This document shows positions 22,614 through 35,536 of a stretch of DNA of 64,000 bases, piece by piece; position 1 is the first letter of the stretch, and every line of letters begins with the position of its first letter. Location: positions 1 to 64,000 of the forward strand of contig JAUCBJ010001307.1 in the NCBI GenBank assembly GCA_032718475.1, given 5' to 3'. The notes below the pieces were generated by a model. It worked only from the letters and a program-made list of their open reading frames with translations, ran no database searches and was not told where the DNA came from. Position numbers and translations under genes: made by a program. The stretch is from Nemertoderma westbladi (lineage: Eukaryota > Animalia > Xenacoelomorpha).

Positions 22614-25551
22614 AAGACCGAGAAGAAAGAAGAACCAACCTGTCGAAATGTAAAAAGACACTAAAGATTGCTACAATGAACACACGCACGCTGAAAGCAC
22701 ATACCAAACAGGGTGACATGGTCGCTCTGGCAATGGAATATAACATCGCATCATCTGCATCCAAGAACATCGGATTTGTCATGAAGACACTGCCATGAAG
22801 TACAATGACATTTGAAATGGATGGACGTTAGGAACAAGCTCAGCAGTAAGAAACTCAGCCAATGCATCAATTGGTGGAGTAGGAATTCTGCTAAGCCCAT
22901 TTGCACTTAAGACCCTAAACAACATCGAATCTATAAATTCCAGGGTTATGATCGCAACATTTGATGGGAATCCCAATGCAACAGTTATATGTTGCTACAG
23001 TCTAACCAATGCCTCAGAGCTAGAACAAGCAGTCAAGTTTTATGAAGAACTGACTGGACTTATAAAGGACATTCCGAAACACAATGTTAAAGTCATTGCT
23101 GGTGACCTGAATGCCCAAATTGGCCCAGAAGACATCAAGGGTTACACCTATAACACCAGTTCTAACAGAAATGGGTACTTACTTTTAGACCTAATGGAAG
23201 AATGTGAATTGATACCAACAAACAACACATTCGAAAAGAGTAAGGGAAAGCTATTGACCTTTCAATACCCTAATGGAACCAAAGCACAACTGGATTACAT
23301 CTTCATAAACAAAAAGTGGAGATACAGCATGATCAACTGCGAGGCATACAGCTCGTTCAACCTAATTGGTTCGGACCACAGAACTGTGACTGCAGAGATC
23401 AGACTCAGTTTGAGAGCCAGCAAACCCAGGACAAGCAAGCAAATCAAATATGACTGGGAAAAACTCAGAACTGACAATGCTGTAAAGGATGCTTATACAG
23501 TAGAAGTTCAAAACCGCTTTGAAGCACTTCAGTCAATGGATGAAGACCAATCCACCAATTCAATATACCAGAATATAATAACAGCCCACAAGGAATCAGC
23601 TAAGAGGCATATCCCCCAGAAACCCAAACGAAAACAATATGTGCCATGGCAAAACTCTGAGGTTACTTGTAAGAGAGAAGATCTTAAGATAGCCTACAAA
23701 GTTAAAACCGAACAACCAACAACCGAAAACATTAACAAGGTTGAGAAAGCTAAGGACGATCTTAAATTGGCCTACAACATCAGCCAGGAAAAGTACATAC
23801 AGGATAAAACTGAAGCAATTACAACTGCTCACATACAGCAACAATCAAGACTTACATGGCAAACTGTAAATGAGGTATCTGGTCGGAAAAGTTGTGCAAA
23901 GGGGCGCCTCAAAGACGATAGTCCCGAAGAACATGTTGGGAAGTGGAAAAATCACTTCAGCAACTTGCTTGGGCAGCCACCAAACATCGAGGTCAACCCT
24001 ACAAGGAAAATATATGACAAGACACTACCTATAGAAACAGGGGACTTCACAACTGTCGAACTCCAAAGAAGCATTAAAAGCATGTCCAATAATAAAGCGA
24101 GTGGATTAGATGAAATCCCAGCGGAGGTATGGAAAACCGGAGTGCTAAACAGACCATTATTGAATGTTTGCAACCGGATGTTAAAAGGGGAAAAGCCACC
24201 ACCAATTTGGACTAAAGGTCAACTAAAGCCTCTCCCCAAGAAAGGAGACCTTGGCATACCAACAAACTATCGTGGGATCTGTCTGCTTGTGGTAGCTGCC
24301 AAAATATACAATAAAATGATTCTATATAGGATTAGGCCTCACATAGAGAAACTACTGCGTAAGAGCCAAAACGGATTTCGACCAAGTAGATCAACAATAG
24401 CTCAGATACTTGCACTACGGAGACTGATTGAAGGAATTAAGTCAAAGAATCTCCCCGCTGTCATGACTTTTGTGGATTTCAAGAAGGCATTCGACTCCAT
24501 CCATAGAGGTAAAATGCTTGAAATCCTAAGAGCTTATGGAATACCAGAAGTAATTGTTGCTGGCATTGGATTGTTATATTGTGACACAGAAGCGCAGGTA
24601 CTCTCACCAGATGGTGAAACTGAGTTTTTCTCAATCCTGGCTGGCGTACTGCAAGGTGACACATTAGCACCATTACTATTTGTAATTGTGCTGGATTACG
24701 CAATGAGGACGGCCACAAAGGGTGAAGACCTGGGATTCACACTTCAAGAACGCAGAAGTAGTAGATATCCAGCAACTACAGTCACAGACACCGACTTTGC
24801 GGATGACATCGCCCTGCTCTCTAATACCCTAGCAGATGCACAGCTTCTACTAAATAAAGTGGAGAGGGCTGCTAAGGAGGTTGGATTGCATATAAATGCT
24901 ACAAAGACCGAATTCATGACCTTTAATGTTGATGGAAACTTGACAACCATTGATAATAATCAACTAAGGAAGGTCGATGACTTCCAGTACCTTGGATCAA
25001 GGATAGAGAGTAGCAAAAAGGACATAGAAGTTAAGAAAGCAAAGGCTTGGGTAGCTCTATCAAAAATAGATACCATCTGGAAATCAGATCTCTCCAGGCA
25101 CCTGAAGACTAAGTTCTTTCGTGCCACAGTGGAAAGTGTATTTTTATATGGGGGTGAGACCTGGACACTGACTAAATCACTTGAACAACGATTTGATGGT
25201 TGCTACACAAGACTACTAAGGGCAGCCCTAAATATCAGTTGGAGACAACACATAACAAACACCGAGCTTTATGGTACAATACCACCTGTATCAAGCACCC
25301 TCCGTGAACGCAGATTAAGATTCAGTGGGCACTGCTGGCGAAGTAAAGACGAGGTCATACCAGATCTACTTTTCTGGCAACCAACTCATGGAAAGCGTAG
25401 TCGTGGACGACCAGCCATAACATATATAGATCAACTTGAAAGGGATACTGAACTTAGGAGAAACGAAATTGCGACAACTATGGAGAATCGGGAAGCCTGG
25501 AAGGATCTCATTTCCACTGTCTGAGTTCGCTTGACCTAGTAGTAGTAGTAG
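22614..25551 (+). mobile_element. RTE-clade LINE (family B), slightly 5'-truncated
   Basis: Single EN-RT ORF, (TAG)n tail at ~25537-25551, ~31-bp TSD at 22582-22613 and 25552-25582. Confidence 0.95.
22948..25524 (+). CDS. RTE AP-endonuclease/reverse transcriptase (858-aa open part; N-terminus disrupted by a frameshift ~22750 and a stop ~22813)
   Basis: GDLNA, LDYI, SDH; NYRGI, QNGFR, DFKKAFDS, GVLQGDTLAP, FADD, YLGS, RRLRFSGH, RGRP. Confidence 0.93.
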   Translation: MIATFDGNPNATVICCYSLTNASELEQAVKFYEELTGLIKDIPKHNVKVIAGDLNAQIGPEDIKGYTYNTSSNRNGYLLLDLMEECELIPTNNTFEKSKGKLLTFQYPNGTKAQLDYIFINKKWRYSMINCEAYSSFNLIGSDHRTVTAEIRLSLRASKPRTSKQIKYDWEKLRTDNAVKDAYTVEVQNRFEALQSMDEDQSTNSIYQNIITAHKESAKRHIPQKPKRKQYVPWQNSEVTCKREDLKIAYKVKTEQPTTENINKVEKAKDDLKLAYNISQEKYIQDKTEAITTAHIQQQSRLTWQTVNEVSGRKSCAKGRLKDDSPEEHVGKWKNHFSNLLGQPPNIEVNPTRKIYDKTLPIETGDFTTVELQRSIKSMSNNKASGLDEIPAEVWKTGVLNRPLLNVCNRMLKGEKPPPIWTKGQLKPLPKKGDLGIPTNYRGICLLVVAAKIYNKMILYRIRPHIEKLLRKSQNGFRPSRSTIAQILALRRLIEGIKSKNLPAVMTFVDFKKAFDSIHRGKMLEILRAYGIPEVIVAGIGLLYCDTEAQVLSPDGETEFFSILAGVLQGDTLAPLLFVIVLDYAMRTATKGEDLGFTLQERRSSRYPATTVTDTDFADDIALLSNTLADAQLLLNKVERAAKEVGLHINATKTEFMTFNVDGNLTTIDNNQLRKVDDFQYLGSRIESSKKDIEVKKAKAWVALSKIDTIWKSDLSRHLKTKFFRATVESVFLYGGETWTLTKSLEQRFDGCYTRLLRAALNISWRQHITNTELYGTIPPVSSTLRERRLRFSGHCWRSKDEVIPDLLFWQPTHGKRSRGRPAITYIDQLERDTELRRNEIATTMENREAWKDLISTV

Positions 25552-25552
25552 T

Positions 25553-28500
25553 ATGTCTCGATACATGAAGACACCCCCTCCGTTAAACGACGTTCTCGGG
25601 AACAGCATGCGGAGATGATGGATACGATGATGGCTGATTTCACCGGCGAATCCACTGAGCTCGCTCAGAGCATGGCACCGCGTATGAATCCTTCAGAGAG
25701 TTATATCGAACCGCCGATGAACCCTGAACAGCGCAACATCGAACAACAATACCGTAAGTTTATTCTCAAATATACCAAGTGCGATGGAAGTTATAACAGC
25801 TTCCTTACCACTGGTCAACCCATGGACTTGAGGGACATCGATGACTAGCATGTCGATTGGGAAATGAAGATGTTCAAACTACACGTCAAATGGCAACGTA
25901 GTAAAGAGACCCGAACACAACATGATTATCAAATTCGTGTTGACATCGCGGCTGATGACGCCGAGAACCCTTCTCATCTCTCCCGCTTCGAGGACTATGT
26001 CACCTTTCTTCGTGAAATGTATTTAAAAGTCGCAAGTCAACAGGATCTACAAACTCTGTACCCCAAGGGCGTTCATCCTAACCCGGCAAAGGAGATCAAA
26101 CGACTCTATCATACCATGATGTATCTCACCGAGGGTCGTCCGCTCCTGGTCCTTCCTGATGCCTTCCACGACATGGAGGAGTATAGTAAGTCAGGTATAA
26201 AGTCTCCACCCCCAAATAAAACTGATTCCCGACTCTGGTACTTATGCGGTCAATGTCCTCATCCAAACCAACAGGTCTCCACTACACCAGCGAATCACCC
26301 CCGTAGGCAATGCTCTCACCACAGCTTCGTCAAGTATACGTATGGAGGGTTTGAAGATAATCGCTTCAAAGTCATTGAGAGATGGTTGCGCAACTTACAG
26401 AGGGTGAGTAAACCCATGATTCGCGTCCCTGAGTTTTCCCCGTGCCCGATGCTCCCTATGGTGAAACCCATGACGTTATCTCCGACAGACCCCCGCTTCT
26501 CCGAATCCATATACCTATACATCAGAGACCTCGTTATGGGGGAACAGATAGCTTCCGTTACCAAGAGGAAGAGCCAACTCCTCTATGGTTGGTATCGGTC
26601 GTGAAACCTTACTACAGCGCGAAGAATCTATGTGGACTTCTCCTCTCACTTTCTCCACAATCTCCACGGTTAATCGTAACTACTTGGTTACAGAGTTCCT
26701 TAACGCCCTTCGAAACACCATCGGCGTAGATGACCCCATCAAACTCTCTGGTAAACTCGATGTTGTTTGTCGGATGAGATTACCGGAATTCGAATCTAAA
26801 TGATCCACCTATGGGCCCAGGAACGTGGTTTCTTCCACATTGTTTACGAAAGGATAGGTAATGGAATGCATAGAGCTGAACGTACTGGCATCGGGCACAT
26901 TTCATTCCATGAACTCGGATGGGATTTCAAGGAAGGTTGGTGGTATAACCGTTATTTACACCTATATGATGATAATTATTCCCATTATTATTTCAATGGC
27001 CCTTTGACCGCTCCCGGTGCTGTTTATTCCAATATTAGTGTCCCTCTTCGGCCTTCTCTCACCATTTACATGATATACGAGAACTCTGCCGTATCAGGTT
27101 GGTTGGCCAATACTTGTAGTAGTACTTTGTTTATCCCACCCATTACTTCTCAGCACTCAGCTTGCCAAGGTTAATCGTGAAGGGAAATTCCAAAGTTTCA
27201 AATGTTTTCGAAGGTTCTTATTCCCCTTCTTCGGTATTGATGGTCAGTTCCGTGACCCAACTCTAAAGGGACAGGTAAATAAGTATTTGTCTGCCTTTGA
27301 AGACTTGAACAGAAAGGGTTTGGCTATATTCTATTCATGGATGTGTGTGTCCAAAACTTGCACTCCACTGTTCTGGAGCGTCCCATCCTCAAGTCTGGCT
27401 ATTCAGTTTCCATTGTACAAACATCAGATAAACAGCTGGCTTCCTATTTAAACGTCTCTGTGGTCTACAATGTCTTAGAATCCAAATCCATCCATCCCAC
27501 TTCCGATTTAGATGACGATGGTGAGTTTGTTATACCGTGGCACCTTGGACCGCAGCCCTTAACAAGATTTACCTTTCATTCTGCCGTATCGTCGGAAGCG
27601 CTGAATCCAATGCGGATCCCATGCTCATAAAACTCCACCTACTGGTGAGATTTGTCAGACATACTCTCAATGCTCTGATCTACCGCTTCATTGTCCATAT
27701 TGTAGACTATTCAATGATCATACTTTCTTTAATTGCCCACAATTTTCGGAACAATGTGATAAGGTTTATTAAAAGGACACTACCCAACCTCCTACCCTTT
27801 CGACTTGACACAAAGGGATGATGAAACATCCTTTCTGAAGTATATCAAATTATGGGCACATTCCGCGGATTTACACCAAATCACGCACATTCATTATGAA
27901 TCTTCCCGCTCCTACTGCGGAGTCTTTGCCTTCAACCCCTACGCCTTTGCGATTGAAGCGCAATGCTCTAACCTTCCCGACTACCAGTTATTACTGATGG
28001 TTTCGGAGCTCACCCATGTTCAATATGTGCGCACATTCCTTCGTCGCATGAACCCCGGTGATTTAACCACCTATATAACCTTATTGACTTTATTCGTAAG
28101 GACCCAAACCTCGGTTACAAGTTCGTCTCCGCTAATCCAGAGTTACTACAAACTTCGGACCGCATTACGTACCTCCGTCATACTTCACATCTTGCGGAAG
28201 AGACAGTCAAACCTTTAAAGTATGTTGCGGGCTGAGGAGGTGTCATGACTTTATCACAGACCCTTAAAGGACTGGTTACCATCGCCATCCTCAAGAAAGT
28301 AGTGCAATCCACATTACCCGCTTCCGCTAAATCTTCACCGGCTAAAATACTCCGAAAGGGTGTGAAGTTATTACATCATTCCGTTCCCGTGACAACCACG
28401 ATTATCGAACCTTAACCGGGAACATCCACTGGTGGACCGACCGTATGGACGCACGCCCCACTGACTCTTTGAAAATTCATCCTTCCGCCGCTGAGGGGCT

Positions 28501-28597
28501 ACAAGTACAAAATTCCCCGCCTTCGTCGCCAAGTAATGGTTCTCCACCAACGAAACGCCGCAAGCGACCCCCTAAAAAGAAAAAGACCCAGAAATAA
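25553..28597 (+). pseudogene. Decayed ~1000-codon orphan gene of unknown function; original ATG duplicated at 22583 by the RTE TSD
   Basis: Chain of + ORFs 25615-28218 linked by stops and frameshifts; ends in SPPTKRRKRPPKKKKTQK with the stop overlapping AATAAA (28593-28598); no recognised domain. Confidence 0.65.
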
Positions 28598-28992
28598 ACA
28601 TTGATTTTTCTGGTTATTTTTATTACCACTACTTTACTTTATATGACTCATATCTCTACTTTATATTATATGTAAAATAAGTAAGTGGTGTCTCCCCAAT
28701 AATTCATTTAGCTTAAATTTGTTCACGAGCTGAAATATTTTATATATGCATTATATATACTCTTTAGCACTACAGTTTGCTTATTTAGAAGTAATAGATA
28801 TCCAATAATTCACTTGATTTAATTTTGTTCACAAGTTGAGATATTTTATATGCTGGATACGTATGTTCTATGTAATTTGAATTTGATGTTGTTAATTGAA
28901 TTACTTGCATACTAGACATCCTTCTGTGTATAATTTGAACTCATCCCTTCATTTTTACCACCGTATTAGCTAAATGAATGGAAGCCGTGTTA

Positions 28993-30707
28993 ATGCAAGT
29001 GTGAACTTGGCCATTTTAGATTACTTATTGTACTAATTGAAGCTCAAAACACCATTTTTATTGATAAAGTTGGTTGCGTTATAATATCGGTTATTTTTCA
29101 GTCGATTTACACATTACTAAAGGTTTGACGCCATCTTGTGCCATTATCCACATATCCAACTTGTAATAATACCCCATTGGCTGTGTTGCTCTATTATGGT
29201 TAATCTGTTATATAAGCACGATTGGTTGAGTGCCTTACTCACTCTGAGCATGTCGTTTCTGCTGTTGAGTTACATCGCACATGCAGAACTTTAATTACTG
29301 GTCAGATCTTTGATGACTGGTGATTATTATATGTCTAAGTCTAATTTCTGAAACCTATATTCGTTGTTAATAATTGAATTATATTTACTTATTATTATAT
29401 TTGATATTCTACTGGTAAACTCAATTTGTTATGGTTATTTGCTTAATATATCGCCGATATTACGGAATAAAGAAAGTTTTACACGCGCCACAACCAGGTA
29501 GGTCGCTATGACTAAGCGTTAGTGAAAATCTGGACAATTGCACTAGTCTTATGTGTGCCATCGTACCTCTGACTTAATAAATAATTAATATATGGCGATA
29601 TTTCAGACCATTATTGTAAGCAAAGCTCTTATTATTAAATATATCACGATTGAGAGTTGTCACAAATTGAATACTGTAGCGATATCAATATAATTAGACC
29701 AAAGACTTGTTACAATACGTTTCCTCTAAAGGGAAACACCCTTACAATTCCTTACATAATTAATTTGTCAGCCATTTGTTCGTTATACTGTGTTGCCACA
29801 CCCTTTCGGTACTGTATATCAGTTAAATATAATAGACGATCAAATGCCATATTAGACTAAGCCAAACATAGAGCAAGTCAATACATCCTGGGAGAAAGGG
29901 GAAACAAAGAGATACACTTGAGCGGCCTTCGTTGAACTACTTCAAAGTTGAGCAAACGTTGAACTAACTCAAAACTTGGTACATGACCCGTATCTACATG
30001 GTGAGCTGCTAGATCCGATGCTTTGTACCATTCGTATCTTACATCACTGTCATGTTTCGTTATACGGATATCCATACTGTATTTAGTTTCACCTATATAT
30101 GTTAGCCCACATTCGCATGGGATCCTATATAATACGCCCCTATGATCAGTCACCGGTTATGTCCTTTTAGCAGAAAAGATGCCAACTTATGTCCCGGTAC
30201 AAAGTAAGTTTCCACCCCATAGAGAGCACAGAGTTTTTCCAAACTTTCAGTAAGGCACACTTCATATGGTAAACCAAGTCTTATGTTAATTTTGTCCTTG
30301 GGCGGTACAGGTTTAGGTTGGTCGAATCGTCTATTGATACGTATCTTTGTACTATAAATAATTCTATTCGGATAACCATTATTAGCTAATGTGTTAGCCA
30401 GTTTACTTTACAGTGCGATTTCGTGCTTCTACAGTAGAACAAATACGAGTGGATCTAAAAAATAATGCACTGCATACGCTTTGTTTCACCCATGGGTGGT
30501 GGTTGGATGAAAAGTTTAAGTACCTATTGGAGTGGGTTGATTTTTTTATAAACGCCAGTCGAGAATTTACCCTCAACTAAACCAATTAGTACGTCCAAAA
30601 AGGTAACTGTCCATTAACATTTTGGTAATCAACTGTAAATTTAATATCCTGATGTAACGAATTTAAATTATCTAATATGGCTTCAACCTGGATAGCGTCT
30701 ACACAGC
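28993..30707 (-). mobile_element. Penelope-like element 3' part (RT thumb, GIY-YIG endonuclease, 3' UTR)
   Basis: IKFTVD, RYLNFSSNHHP, NGYP, LPY and GVLYRIPCECGLTYIGET...RITKH motifs; degenerate. Confidence 0.9.
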
Positions 30708-31950
30708 GTTGACAACTGCAAACAGGTTATGTCGATTTTATGTAAGCTCTTCTAACCCAACAAATGAGCTATCAATACTGGTTACGTACATTGTTCGAGT
30801 ATATGCTCCCATGTGGTTTCTTATAAAAAGGAATAATCTTCTTCAAGATGGTCCCAGTAACTTATTTCATCTGATTCGTTGGTCTCTTTACCTGGATGAA
30901 GAATATCGACACATTGTCGACTCTGTAATACAGCATAATGGATTTTTTGCCCATCCTGAAAATGTATTACTTGCTATGATCAAGGATAAAAACAAGCATA
31001 TTCGTGAGCTATCTGTTCGTCGAGTGATTAAAGCCAGGGACTCTAAAAGAGTTAATTCGGTTTATCATACAGTTTTGCATAAGGCCATTAAAAAAAACCC
31101 TAAACTTGGAGCTAAGAAGTTGCTAAACCTAAGAAAACACCATAAACCTAAGTCAAACAGTAATGTGAGAAAATTTATTGTCCCTCAAATTAACATTCAG
31201 GCCCCAAACTATTACGAACTTTTAGATTGGACTCGAAGTGACTTAAAACTTACATCTCCACCAATTCTGAAAGAAATTTCAAATAACGACCTCAACAAAT
31301 TTGTAGATTTAACGGCAACCATTCAGTTTAACTACCCATGTCATACTCAGACAGTTGAGCGGATGATTCGAGTTGTAACTCAGGTTTCCCGAGAAGTTGT
31401 TGGAGCGCATTCTCGAAATAGCTTGATCCACTCACGTTTATCTGGCCGAGCGCAGCGACCTAGCTTGTACTAAACTTGTACCTAACTTTGTACTTTAGTC
31501 AGTGAATAGTTATAATAGTGTCAATTGCCCTATTATTATAGTTTTGGTTATAGTTATGGTATATAGTTAAATTCCTAATGATATAACTAAATGGTTTGAG
31601 TAATTTTTGCAATTATGTGTCAAAAAATGTTGTTATTAAAAAATAACTTTAGTAATAATGTCGCAGCTATGATTTTGACACTTGCTATCCCAACTAAATC
31701 GACGATTGCGTTTCAAATAAGCCCAACCATGACCTCCTAGAGGTGGTAGAAGTGGAGATAGCAAGGTTTAACGTTAATTTTTCACTTGCGGCAGGCCATT
31801 TTTGGACATACATTTTTTTGGTCCCAGGGTCACATGTTCCACTTATTATTTTTAGTTAAAATTTTGTCGACGTGCTATGGACATCCAACCTCACCCTTTG
31901 GCAAAGTTCCTAATGAATTTGCCAACTTTTCATTTTTATGACACACCCTA
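30708..31950 (+). mobile_element. hAT-superfamily (hATm-like) transposon 3' half; ORF 30709-31473
   Basis: LTTANRL, FFAHPEN, YPCHTQTVER motifs; right terminus ...acacacccta (TAGGGTG on the minus strand). Confidence 0.75.
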
Positions 31951-32095
31951 TTTCACAACCAGGTAGCTCTTCGTGGACTCGGGTTTGTAGCCAACTCGGG
32001 GTCCATGGTGGCACAGCTCCTCCCACCATTCCCACACTCCAGCGATGGACCCCGCTGATGAGGCGTCAACCGCGTACCAGCACTGCTTTTGCCAG
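31951..32095 (-). mobile_element. CRE-clade non-LTR RT fragment
   Basis: Minus-strand translation QCWYAVDASSAGSIAGVWEWWEELCHHGPRVGYKPESTKSYLVV matches the CRE WYADD...GP.FGY.P..KS region. Confidence 0.7.
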
Positions 32096-32124
32096 CAGGT
32101 GGTACTTCCGGGTGCCAGATCGAG

Positions 32125-32326
32125 GGTGGTGGGTCTCTGGGTGGCGGGTCTCTCGGTGGCGGGTCTCTGGGTGGCGGGTCTCTGGGTTGCGGGTTGCAGG
32201 GTGGCGGGACGCAGGGTGGTGGGTCGCAGAGTGGCGGGTCGCCGGGTAGGGGGTCCCCGGATGGATGGTTTCTGGGTGGCGGATCGCAGGGTGGCGGGTC
32301 TCTGTGTGGCGGGTCGCCGGGTGGCT
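32125..32326. repeat. 15-bp G-rich tandem repeat (ggtggcgggtctctg)n
   Basis: ~13 direct units. Confidence 0.9.
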
Positions 32327-32633
32327 ATTTATACTGTAATTACGTCTTATATTAAATAGTTCTGTACATTACATCTTTATCATTGAGTCGGACATTGTCA
32401 CGCTCTCGGTAAAGTTGTACATGTACATAGTGTAATTACGTTTTATATTGGTTTTAGGTTAGCGTAGTGTAACATTGTATTTGTAACCAAGTAACATAAA
32501 GGACCCCCTTGGAAATAAGCTGCAAAGCTTTAGGGGTAATCCTATATGTTATGTTGGACAATACCTTTATACCGGTACATTGTTTGGTGTATTTGTTATT
32601 GTTTTTACATAATGTATAAATAAATCTATCTAT

Positions 32634-32798
32634 GAGAGGTTGTTCCAAAGGACTCGTGAACTCCACCATAGGAGTTCCCATTCCGACCATCCTATCCGTC
32701 GTGGCGGAGAAGAGAGGTTGTTCCAATGTACTCGCGTAACACACCATATGAGCTCCCCTTCTGACCATCTTATCCGTCGTGGCGGAGTTGAGAGGTTG
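32634..32798. repeat. 78-bp tandem repeat (2+ units)
   Basis: gagaggttg at 32634, 32712 and 32790; tatccgtcgtggcggag repeated. Confidence 0.8.
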
Positions 32799-33754
32799 AA
32801 TTAGGAGATAGATTAATAATAAATATAGAGATAAAGAGAGATCAATATTTTTAATTGCTGAATTACTCCGTTTATTCATTATTATCAACTATAATACATT
32901 AACTACAGTACACCACACCACTACTGTAGTGTATATAGAGTACAGATACATTCATTATTCAGTATACTGTAATGTATACCTGGTAATATACCGAATATAC
33001 ACCATGTCCTGGAATATAGTGTCGTTATTCGGAATAACGACCCCCCCCCCCCAAAAAAATTTTCCAAAAAATCTTAATGAGATTGCATGAAATTTGAAAT
33101 AAAGGTAGTTCACTACTGAGTGGGTGAGTCAGTTGCTCGATGTTGCTAATTGTTGCTCGTTGTTGCTCATTGTTGCTCACTGTTGCTCATTGTGTATTTT
33201 AATACCTACCCCCGCAACATCAGCTTGCGTGTTGCCATTATCTGCTGGTATGTGCTGGGCCACTTGCTGGTCAACAACCAGTAAAAGGCCATATGTGGTC
33301 CAGGTATCAACCGAGATGTACATTTATTATATGGTCTGGCAGAAAGTAAAGCAACACCATTCCAGGGAAGCTAAACTTTTAATAGCATGCCATCTCACGA
33401 AAGTGGCATTGTAATGTATACTTTTACTTGTATTGATGATATAATAATGTATTCATTCTCCAGTCAACACTGATATTCCTGCAATAAAAAAATATTTTTG
33501 CCAAAACACAACTTTTTGGCCAAATCGCGACTGTTGCCAAAATAAAATGACAGTTTCTGAATCTCAAAGAACACCCTTCCACCAATTCTACCTGTTTGAA
33601 TTAACTTCATTACTGGACACCGTTATAAGATTCGAGTGAGGTTCGATTTCACAATTCACTTGATTATATGGATGATAATGCTACATATATAATGTGATGG
33701 GATCCGAGTTGGCAAACAGAATCCTGATGGGTATTTGTGTCGTGTGATAATACG

Positions 33755-34295
33755 TGTTGCCGCATCCGCTCTATCGTCGTGAGGGGCTGAAAGGCCGGCC
33801 GTAGGCTGGTATAATAATATAAGAGTTTGTTTATCGTTATTGCTAATGTCTGATATGTAAGTACAGCATAATCAGTATAATCAGTATAGAACAATGATGG
33901 CAGTAACGATGACGGTTTAAACCGTTTGACTTCTACACTTACTAATAGCCAACTTAATGTAATTAATCTCGAGTAATGGTTATTATATACTTATTGCTTA
34001 GAAAGGTTACACCTCCACCTATGCTTGACCTACCAATAGATGGGCACTAATTGATGGTGTGCTGCCCAACCATTGGTTGGTTTACCCTTTGGCCACTCCC
34101 TATCTCCTCTGGCCCTATGCTGGCTTCCCCCTGAGATATGTTGCATCTATCTCCAACTGGTACTAACTATATTGACCTGTTCCCTTCTGGTATGCAATAT
34201 TATGTTGTATAATATTGCATACTTAATCGTAATTCGTAAATCACGATTCCCCATTTTCTCACTGGGTGGTGTACAGCGGATTGGATTCGGTAACA
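33755..34295 (-). mobile_element. 3' LTR (~540 bp) of a minus-strand LTR element, with internal remnant continuing to ~35350
   Basis: TGTTGCCGCATCC...GGATTCGGTAACA imperfect terminal IR; polypurine tract on the minus strand at 34296-34309. Confidence 0.6.
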
Positions 34296-35536
34296 CTCCC
34301 CCCCCCCCCATGCTATCTTCACAGTGAGAAGATAGCATCAACCAAATAGTGCGCTCCATTCCGCTGGAATCCAATCTAATATTGGATGTGGGGTGGAATA
34401 CTCTTTTCTGGGGCCAGTTTTCCAGACTGGCCCCTCTGGGTCTGGTCTCACTACCCACCCTTGGTACATCTGCGAGCTAAGTTGTACCAAGGCATCTGGC
34501 ATCTCTATTTAGACGATCGCCCTTCTTCCTCACTCAATCTTTTAACCCGGACACCATCGTCCGATCTCCTCACCTCCTCCTCACCTCATTAGTCCCATAG
34601 GACTCATCCTCCACTCTGATCGCTCCCCACATTTCCAAATTTCGCGCCCTTCATTCTTCCTTAAACCCTCATCTCTCATCACATCATCATGCTCCTTTAC
34701 TCAACCCCTTTTACTCTCACTCTCACTCCTGTCGGACTCCCACAATCTTATTCGTGTGGCCACACTTGAGAAATGGGATCCATTTAATTTCTCGTCCTCC
34801 TGTTTCAGTCAATGAGTCCCCCGTCCCAGCAGCTAATTGGGAAAGGTTATATTGACTATAGTATATATATATATATATGGTGGTTATATATTATTACACT
34901 ACGATTGGTTACTTTATATTCTTATTTATATTATTTACAATTAGGGCGGGAATATTTTATTTTACTCTACAATTTCAGCGCTGCCTTCTAAGCACTCTGA
35001 GGCTTTCTCGTCAGTAAATGATGTCAGCAAATAACATCTGGAGCGTCGGTCTAGAAATTTCATCCCATTCTTCCCAATCCATTGTAGCTCTTCTTTTCTA
35101 TCATCGTCCGGGCTTGGACGCTTCTTATCATCCCTATTCTTAATCGCAGTCATGGCTTGACTGATGGATGGCTTTACTAATCCCTGTTGTTAGTTCCCTG
35201 AGTGCGGTTGTTACCATCTCTTGATAACGCTTTGCTGGTCGTCCCATCAAGTGTCCCTCCTACCATACCCCCGGTAGTGCCCCTCGGGACGTTTCTTATC
35301 TCGCAGGGTATTAGCTCTTACAATAAATCCTAAACTCCACTCAGTTGCTTAAAGTGTAATCTGTATAATAATCATAAGTCAGTATCGCGTAATAAATCTA
35401 ACCGGTAAGCACGTCAAACACGTACAGTATATCGGGATTACACATACCCCCTGGTGGTGGGTGGGATGGGGGTTGCGAGTACACTTTGTAGTGAGTTTGG
35501 TAACGTGTTTTTTAATACAGTAGTATGCGATAGTTT

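Noticed and set aside
8058-29936. Direct ~900-bp repeats as LTRs of one giant 22-kb element
   Set aside because: The repeat is a PLE 3' end, there are no TG..CA ends or shared TSD, and the interior is a set of independent insertions
32045-32359. Gly-rich or VAG-repeat proteins (also ORFs at 3630, 46609, 48389, 48429)
   Set aside because: Open in several frames only because 15- and 21-bp repeats lack stops
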